Assembly: GCA_049423385.1 (NCBI GenBank)
Contig: JBMSQQ010000101.1
Span: 1-11,728 of the forward strand
Direction: 5' to 3'
Origin: Silvanigrellaceae bacterium
GTDB lineage: Bacteria > Bdellovibrionota_B > Oligoflexia > Silvanigrellales > Silvanigrellaceae
DNA length: 11,728 nucleotides
Part shown: one piece after another, positions 6,945-11,728 of the stretch
Layout of the letters: the number at the start of each line of letters is the position of its first letter
Numbering within the stretch: position 1 is the stretch's first letter
Made by a program: the position numbers and the translations under genes
The notes under the pieces: model-generated
What the model saw: only the letters and a program-made list of their open reading frames with translations
Told to the model about the DNA's origin: nothing
The model's database searches: none

Positions 6945-7439
6945 ATGCAGAGGGTCCTGCGAAAATTGAATTTAAAATTGGTTGACACGGTGTTGTTTGT
7001 CATGTTGTTCGCAAGCCTGATTTTGCTTGGCAAACCAAGGGTCGAGGCATCCACCGAACCGCCGGTTTCCGGGTATCCTCATGCAGCTGGTCCCAAGAAA
7101 CCAGACAAGCCTGTCCGGCCCGCACCGCTCCCCTTTGTCAAACCATCGGACAAGATCTGGGTGCTTCAGGGAGACGTCGTTGCAGATCAGAATACATGGT
7201 ACTGCAGAGCTTCTTGCCGAAGCGACTGGGAAAAGAGAACATTTGAAGTTCTGCAATTCACACGTGGTGCTGAAGACTGGTCGAGTTCAGCCGACGAAGT
7301 CTCGGCCTGCCGGATGAGGCCCGGTTCCACAGGAAAGGTTTTTCTGGAAGGCGGAGAGTGGCGGGTTCCGCCAGCCCAGCCGGATGATTCATTGTGTTTT
7401 TTGGTGATTCGCGAAATTCCCACGCCCCCGGAAGGTTGA
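6945..7439 (+). CDS. Hypothetical exported or membrane-anchored protein (164 aa, 4 Cys)
   Basis: Basic N-terminus, hydrophobic helix VLFVMLFASLILLG, possible VEA-S cleavage site, Pro-rich linker and a small Cys-containing domain. A G-rich SD and TGnTATAAG (6911-6919) lie upstream. Confidence 0.72.
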   Translation: MQRVLRKLNLKLVDTVLFVMLFASLILLGKPRVEASTEPPVSGYPHAAGPKKPDKPVRPAPLPFVKPSDKIWVLQGDVVADQNTWYCRASCRSDWEKRTFEVLQFTRGAEDWSSSADEVSACRMRPGSTGKVFLEGGEWRVPPAQPDDSLCFLVIREIPTPPEG

Positions 7440-7519
7440 TGCGCTGAAAAATATTCACTCCATTCGCAATCAGGCAATCCGATATCACCATTGAACACGG
7501 AGCGCGGGTTGAGGATAAA

Positions 7520-8617
7520 TTGCCAATGGTGTTGTCAAACTCCAGTTTTGTTTTTCTTGTGTCGGCGCAGATATTGTTCGTTGGAATTCTGATCTTCAGC
7601 GAAAAGTTGCGACAATGGGCCGATGTCGTTGCTGCCGGACTGGCGGGACTTTTCGTGCACACGCTGTTGCTGCAAACTGGTAACATCCGCGACACTGAAT
7701 GGGATGTTTTGTCTGCTTCATTGTTTATTCTGAGTTTCTCGTTGATGCGATGGTCAACAGTCAGGCGTGGTTCTGGAATTGATATTTCCGAACGTTCGGA
7801 TTCCGAAACAACGTCCGAAAATGACTCGAATATAATGAGTGATAGCAAAATGCACGATGACAGATTGAGGACTGTCGGACAAATGAGTGCCCGTCTTGTT
7901 CATGAGCTCAGTCATCCCATTGGTGCCCTGCTTCTTCGGGTCGATGAAATCAAGAGAAATCGTTTCTCCGAAGACAGGTCGCAGTTCGAAAAATCCCTGG
8001 CGAGCGTCGAGAGACATCTCAAGCATCTTGTCCACATGACGGAGTCCGTCCGCATGTACTCGTCTTTTGGCGAACGTGCACAAAACGGCTTTGTCCCTGT
8101 TGGTGAAGTCTTCCGCCTCACCATGGACATGTGCGAGGCGTGTTTGATTGGCAAGGGAGTGAGGGTTTACTGGCCGGATGCAATGCCCGATATCGGAATT
8201 GCCGGAGGATTAACCTTGCAGGTTCAGGTACTCGTGAATCTTGTCAAAAATGCCATCGATGCGGTTGCTGATCTTCCGGATCAGAATCAGCGCTGGGTGC
8301 GTATCGACATCAAGGAGCAAGGCGGTAGCGTTGAGTTTGCTGTCAGCAATGGAGGACCCGCAGTCAGCAAGTTTGTTCAATCAAATTTGTTCAAACCTTT
8401 TTTCACAACCAAGAAGACTGGCAGGGGAATGGGCTTGGGGTTGGCTCTATGTCGTGAATTGGTTCAGTCTGCAGGTGGCGAAATCTGGTATGACGAGTCG
8501 GCCAGAACGCCGAAGTTTGTCGTTCGCTATTCCTTCTTGCCGCATGTTGATACCGGGGATGATGAGAAGGGCATTGAACTCCAACTGGTCTCGGAGCGCC
8601 AATCCTCGGCAGCATAG
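7520..8617 (+). CDS. Membrane sensor histidine kinase (NtrB-like HisKA plus HATPase_c)
   Basis: About 3 N-terminal TM segments; H-box VGQMSARLVHELSHP; N-box QVLVNLVKNA; G1 SNGGPA; F-box LFKPFFTTK; G2 GMGLGLALC. Start is TTG 7520 or ATG 7526 (GAGG at 7511-7514). Confidence 0.93.
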   Translation: MPMVLSNSSFVFLVSAQILFVGILIFSEKLRQWADVVAAGLAGLFVHTLLLQTGNIRDTEWDVLSASLFILSFSLMRWSTVRRGSGIDISERSDSETTSENDSNIMSDSKMHDDRLRTVGQMSARLVHELSHPIGALLLRVDEIKRNRFSEDRSQFEKSLASVERHLKHLVHMTESVRMYSSFGERAQNGFVPVGEVFRLTMDMCEACLIGKGVRVYWPDAMPDIGIAGGLTLQVQVLVNLVKNAIDAVADLPDQNQRWVRIDIKEQGGSVEFAVSNGGPAVSKFVQSNLFKPFFTTKKTGRGMGLGLALCRELVQSAGGEIWYDESARTPKFVVRYSFLPHVDTGDDEKGIELQLVSERQSSAA

Positions 8618-8618
8618 T

Positions 8619-9797
8619 TCAATAGCGGAATCCAACCCCTGCAGAGAAAGACATGACGTCGTATTGAGCCTTGCTGACCGCATTGTTGATTAATGGAAGA
8701 GTCATGTTCAGCTTTTTGTAATCCAGGTTGACCTCGGCAAAAATCCAGTTCAGAAACGGGACCTGGATTCTTGCGCCTGCAAAGAGTGGCACCGATTCCA
8801 GCTTCACGGTCTCTTCGGTGTTCGTTGCTTCGCCGTCCTCCACGACAGGGGTCTTGACGGTCGTGGCCAATCCGATTCCGCCATTGATCGCAAATACGAC
8901 CGATTCGTTGATGACAAATCCTTGCTCCCCGTAAAGACCAAAGCCTTGACCGGAGAGGTCCCTCACAGCCTTGAAAAGTTTGTCCGGGCTGCCGGCTGTA
9001 CCGGTTGCATTCAAATTTGAATTGCTTTTGAAACTATCCAGAACAACAATTCCTGTACCTGTCCACAGACGCGAATTCAGCAGATGGATTCGGGTTCCAG
9101 CCCGCAGGTTCAGATTCTGGGTTGCGATGCTTTGTGAACCTTCAACCTTGCCGTCCCGGACGAGGTCAAGGGCCGGTGATGAATTGAGAGAGGACCAGGC
9201 AAGTTCGGAAATAAAATTAATCTTAAGCGGTCCTGCATCAATGGGTAGGCGGGGAAAAATTCCTGCTCCACGGAATCCGATACCCTGTTGTGTATAGCCT
9301 GGACTCAGAAATTTGTTCAACGCCAGTCCCGGGAGCGAGGATTGAGCGACCTGAAACTGCGGCGCGATGAAAACGATGGAGTCCGAAATTTTGGAATTGA
9401 TTTGGGAACCCACTTTCATTTGCCCGCTGCCGTCCAATTTTCGTAACACTTTGCCTTGGAGGGAAGTGCATTTTTCATCTCCAGACAGGACGGTGGCTAC
9501 CAGTCGCTTTTTGCCCTTGAACACGAACGACTCAATTTTCACAACTGTGATTCCGCTGTTGCTTGAATCTACGATTTCGGCCAGTTCGCCCTCTTTCAAG
9601 CCCTTGCCTGAAAATGGAACCTGGCAAAGTGTTTTCTGTAAAGTTCGATTGCCCCTGCCAATTTTTGCGGATGGTGGATCGTCGGCAGCGGACCCGGCAA
9701 AATTTGCTCCAGTCATCAACATCAAGGCAACAAGCCGCAGTGCGCCGGGGATCGGAGATCCCGGTTCGCCTTTGAATTGTTCACCTTTCGGTGACAT
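8619..9797 (-). CDS. Hypothetical outer-membrane beta-barrel protein with a small N-terminal domain
   Basis: Signal-like segment ALRLVALMLMTGANFAGSAA; ~100-aa N-domain with two Cys; amphipathic strands; C-terminus MSFSAGVGFRY. The start is uncertain (ATG 9797, 9818 or 9824; the track gives 9887). Confidence 0.75.
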   Translation of the reverse strand: MSPKGEQFKGEPGSPIPGALRLVALMLMTGANFAGSAADDPPSAKIGRGNRTLQKTLCQVPFSGKGLKEGELAEIVDSSNSGITVVKIESFVFKGKKRLVATVLSGDEKCTSLQGKVLRKLDGSGQMKVGSQINSKISDSIVFIAPQFQVAQSSLPGLALNKFLSPGYTQQGIGFRGAGIFPRLPIDAGPLKINFISELAWSSLNSSPALDLVRDGKVEGSQSIATQNLNLRAGTRIHLLNSRLWTGTGIVVLDSFKSNSNLNATGTAGSPDKLFKAVRDLSGQGFGLYGEQGFVINESVVFAINGGIGLATTVKTPVVEDGEATNTEETVKLESVPLFAGARIQVPFLNWIFAEVNLDYKKLNMTLPLINNAVSKAQYDVMSFSAGVGFRY

Positions 9798-9845
9798 TGT
9801 CCCGCCAAACAAACGCATCTTCATGTTTTTATTTTGAGTTGTGTT

Positions 9846-9859
9846 TTGTTTATCAACAA
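9846..9859. promoter_or_regulatory. Palindromic candidate operator TTGTT-N4-AACAA in an AT-rich divergent region
   Basis: Perfect 5-4-5 inverted repeat between the divergent barrel and protease genes; the geometry resembles CRP/FNR-family boxes. Confidence 0.3.
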
Positions 9860-9921
9860 GGAAAAAAATTGCAGTGGTTAGCGGCATTTGTCTCGATAAA
9901 CTATTTTTCGGGAGGTGTCTG

Positions 9922-11728
9922 TTGGGTTTTTTGAACGGTGTGCTTGCACCTTCATTGGCAGTTCAGTTGTTGTCGCCTTCCGCAAAACTTTCAGGTGATG
10001 CGGAACTTCATTCATTTCTCCAGCCGCGTTTTGAAAATTCGCTTTCGTTTGGTTTGAGTTCACTTCCTTTTCGTCCTGTTGCAGGACATTGGACCTGGAA
10101 CGGGATTGAACTGCATCAAAGTGATTTCAAGGTGGTCTATTCGTCTGTGAATGGTTCTGAAGAGTTGAATTGGTATGCAGGCATGATTCCTGGATCCAAC
10201 GAAATCGCCGATCGCATGTCTGCAGATGTTTTACATCGAATAAGCACTGTACAGGCCAAATCTTTGTTCGCAGAACATCTCCGTGCAGGCTCTTGGGATT
10301 TACCTCAACCTGCGCGGGTTTTTCGCATGTCGGGAGATTCGGTTGAAGCCTGGTGGAAATTGCAGGTCGCCGATGGCAGAAGGACTTTTTGGCTACGCGA
10401 GAATGATGGACGTTGGGGCGAGGAATTTCCGCCGGAACTGCATGCCTCCGCGACGGCCTTGTTGTATCGAGAGAACTCTGTTGCTTCCGCAGCAACGGGT
10501 CTTGAGGAAATTGCTCTCGTGGATTTGCTTGATGCAAGCTATCTGCGCAACAAGTTTTTTCGTGTCTTGAATTGTCTTGGCAAGCGTCCGTCGTTTCTCA
10601 GTTGTGGAAATTACGCCCGATCGCTTTCCGGCAGATACGATTATCCATATGAGTCCGTCGAGTACTCGGAAATGGTGGGTTACTGGTCGCTTCAAAGAGG
10701 GATGGAATGGCACCGGGGAATCCAGAGTGATGCGCAAAAAGTATATTTTGGTGATTTCGGTTTGAAAGGGCCGATGGATGTTTTCGTCCGTGCCGATGTT
10801 GCAGGTGGCCCAGCCTACTCGCCATTCATTCAAAGTCTCGATTCGTCAAATCCTGTCATTTACGTATCCACCGGCCTTGAAGACAGGATTCCTGAACCAG
10901 GTGAGTTGGCCAACACGACGAAAGATTCCGATGTTTTTTTTCATGAATTTTCCCATCACATCATTTATCGCTCAGTGGTTCCGAACATCGTCTACAGTCA
11001 ACCACGAGCGATTCAGGAAGGTTTGGCAGACTACTTTGCATATGCCATCACCGGCAACAACAAACTTGGCGAATCCGTCAATGGCGGCGGCTCACCATTG
11101 AGGGCTGGAAATCTTTCCGACGCATTTTCAGCCGACAGCTTTCTTCCCGCAGAAAGCTGGGATGTCTACAGGGCTGGTGAACTGTTGAGTTCAGCCCTCT
11201 GGAAATTGCGCGAAAGTTTGGGAGATTGGAAAGGGGGCTACAAGCGGGTCGACAAGGTGGTTTGGGATGCCATCGACCTGATGCCCAAGCTTGGAACGTT
11301 CTATCAATTGGGATGTGCCTTGTTGAAGCAGGCAGCAGCCTTTGAAAAGAGCGAAAATCTTGCTGCCGGCACAATGGTTGCACCAATACTCCAGGAATTG
11401 GTGGCGCGGCAGTTCTTTGCGAATGCCACTCCCGGAGCAGAAACTGGATGTCCGGCAGTCAGTTCCATCCTCTCAGCAGTCGATCAGCGGGAAGCTCAAA
11501 AAAGCGAATTGCCTCTGGTCGACAATCCAAAGACTCCGGTGACATTCACCGGCGAAGCGAAAAATGCATTGCCACCGTTTGGCGGCAGTCTTTACCAGCC
11601 CCTTCAGCCGCGCAAGGTCTGGTGCGGTGACATTGCATCCGTGGATTCAAGCCGTTCGAAGAGTCACAGGTCGTGTGTTCTTTTTCTATTGCCGGTTCTT
11701 TTCATGGCAGTGAAGCGCGGAAGATTTT
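9922..11728 (+). CDS. Zinc metalloprotease, gluzincin of the M4/M36 type, with prodomain and C-terminal sorting signal (stop codon beyond the right edge)
   Basis: Frame +1 is open from 9838 to the end of the window. Likely start is TTG 9922 (GGGAGG at 9910-9915). DSDVFFHEFSHH (HExxH at 10942-10956) is followed by AIQEGLADYF (third ligand Glu at 11017), then LGE, PLR and GELLSSALWKLR. FTP/PepSY-like prodomain hints are WNGIEL and AWWKLQV. Not in the ORF track. Confidence 0.9.
   Translation, partial: MGFLNGVLAPSLAVQLLSPSAKLSGDAELHSFLQPRFENSLSFGLSSLPFRPVAGHWTWNGIELHQSDFKVVYSSVNGSEELNWYAGMIPGSNEIADRMSADVLHRISTVQAKSLFAEHLRAGSWDLPQPARVFRMSGDSVEAWWKLQVADGRRTFWLRENDGRWGEEFPPELHASATALLYRENSVASAATGLEEIALVDLLDASYLRNKFFRVLNCLGKRPSFLSCGNYARSLSGRYDYPYESVEYSEMVGYWSLQRGMEWHRGIQSDAQKVYFGDFGLKGPMDVFVRADVAGGPAYSPFIQSLDSSNPVIYVSTGLEDRIPEPGELANTTKDSDVFFHEFSHHIIYRSVVPNIVYSQPRAIQEGLADYFAYAITGNNKLGESVNGGGSPLRAGNLSDAFSADSFLPAESWDVYRAGELLSSALWKLRESLGDWKGGYKRVDKVVWDAIDLMPKLGTFYQLGCALLKQAAAFEKSENLAAGTMVAPILQELVARQFFANATPGAETGCPAVSSILSAVDQREAQKSELPLVDNPKTPVTFTGEAKNALPPFGGSLYQPLQPRKVWCGDIASVDSSRSKSHRSCVLFLLPVLFMAVKRGRF

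Noticed and set aside
8728..11630. Short track ORFs (e.g. 9367-9837 +, 10127-10537 -, 10393-10833 -, 10778-11101 +)
   Set aside because: They are shadows or alternative frames of the barrel and metalloprotease genes and carry no motifs of their own.
1..11728. CRISPR array, IS or prophage, tRNA or rRNA, tandem DNA repeats
   Set aside because: By eye there are no spaced direct repeats, transposase or integrase motifs, or cloverleaf/rRNA signatures. The low-complexity stretch near 5533-5682 is a protein linker.

Overview
Chromosomal region of about 50% GC from a diderm bacterium. The lipoprotein style (..SCKQRGYNQSKTK), several orphan beta-barrels and a Cys-containing C-terminal sorting signal tentatively suggest Bdellovibrionota/Oligoflexia; this is an inference only. 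From left to right: the 5' end of an MFS transporter (minus strand, absent from the ORF track); a ~490-bp hairpin-rich divergent region with a 66-aa small ORF; rimM-trmD without the usual rpsP/KH/rplS neighbours; two overlapping helical/coiled-coil hypothetical genes sharing motifs; a FadL/PorV/TraF-type barrel plus a small beta-barrel; a divergent pair of Cys-containing exported proteins; an orphan NtrB-type histidine kinase; a third probable beta-barrel; and a >600-codon M4/M36-like zinc metalloprotease (absent from the track because it runs off the right edge) ending in a Cys-Gly/TM/basic tail. No mobile element, CRISPR array, tRNA or rRNA was seen. The best novelty candidates are the Cys-CTERM-like signal, the coiled-coil pair with a lone CxxC, and the motif shared by the divergent exported proteins. 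All three need computational confirmation.
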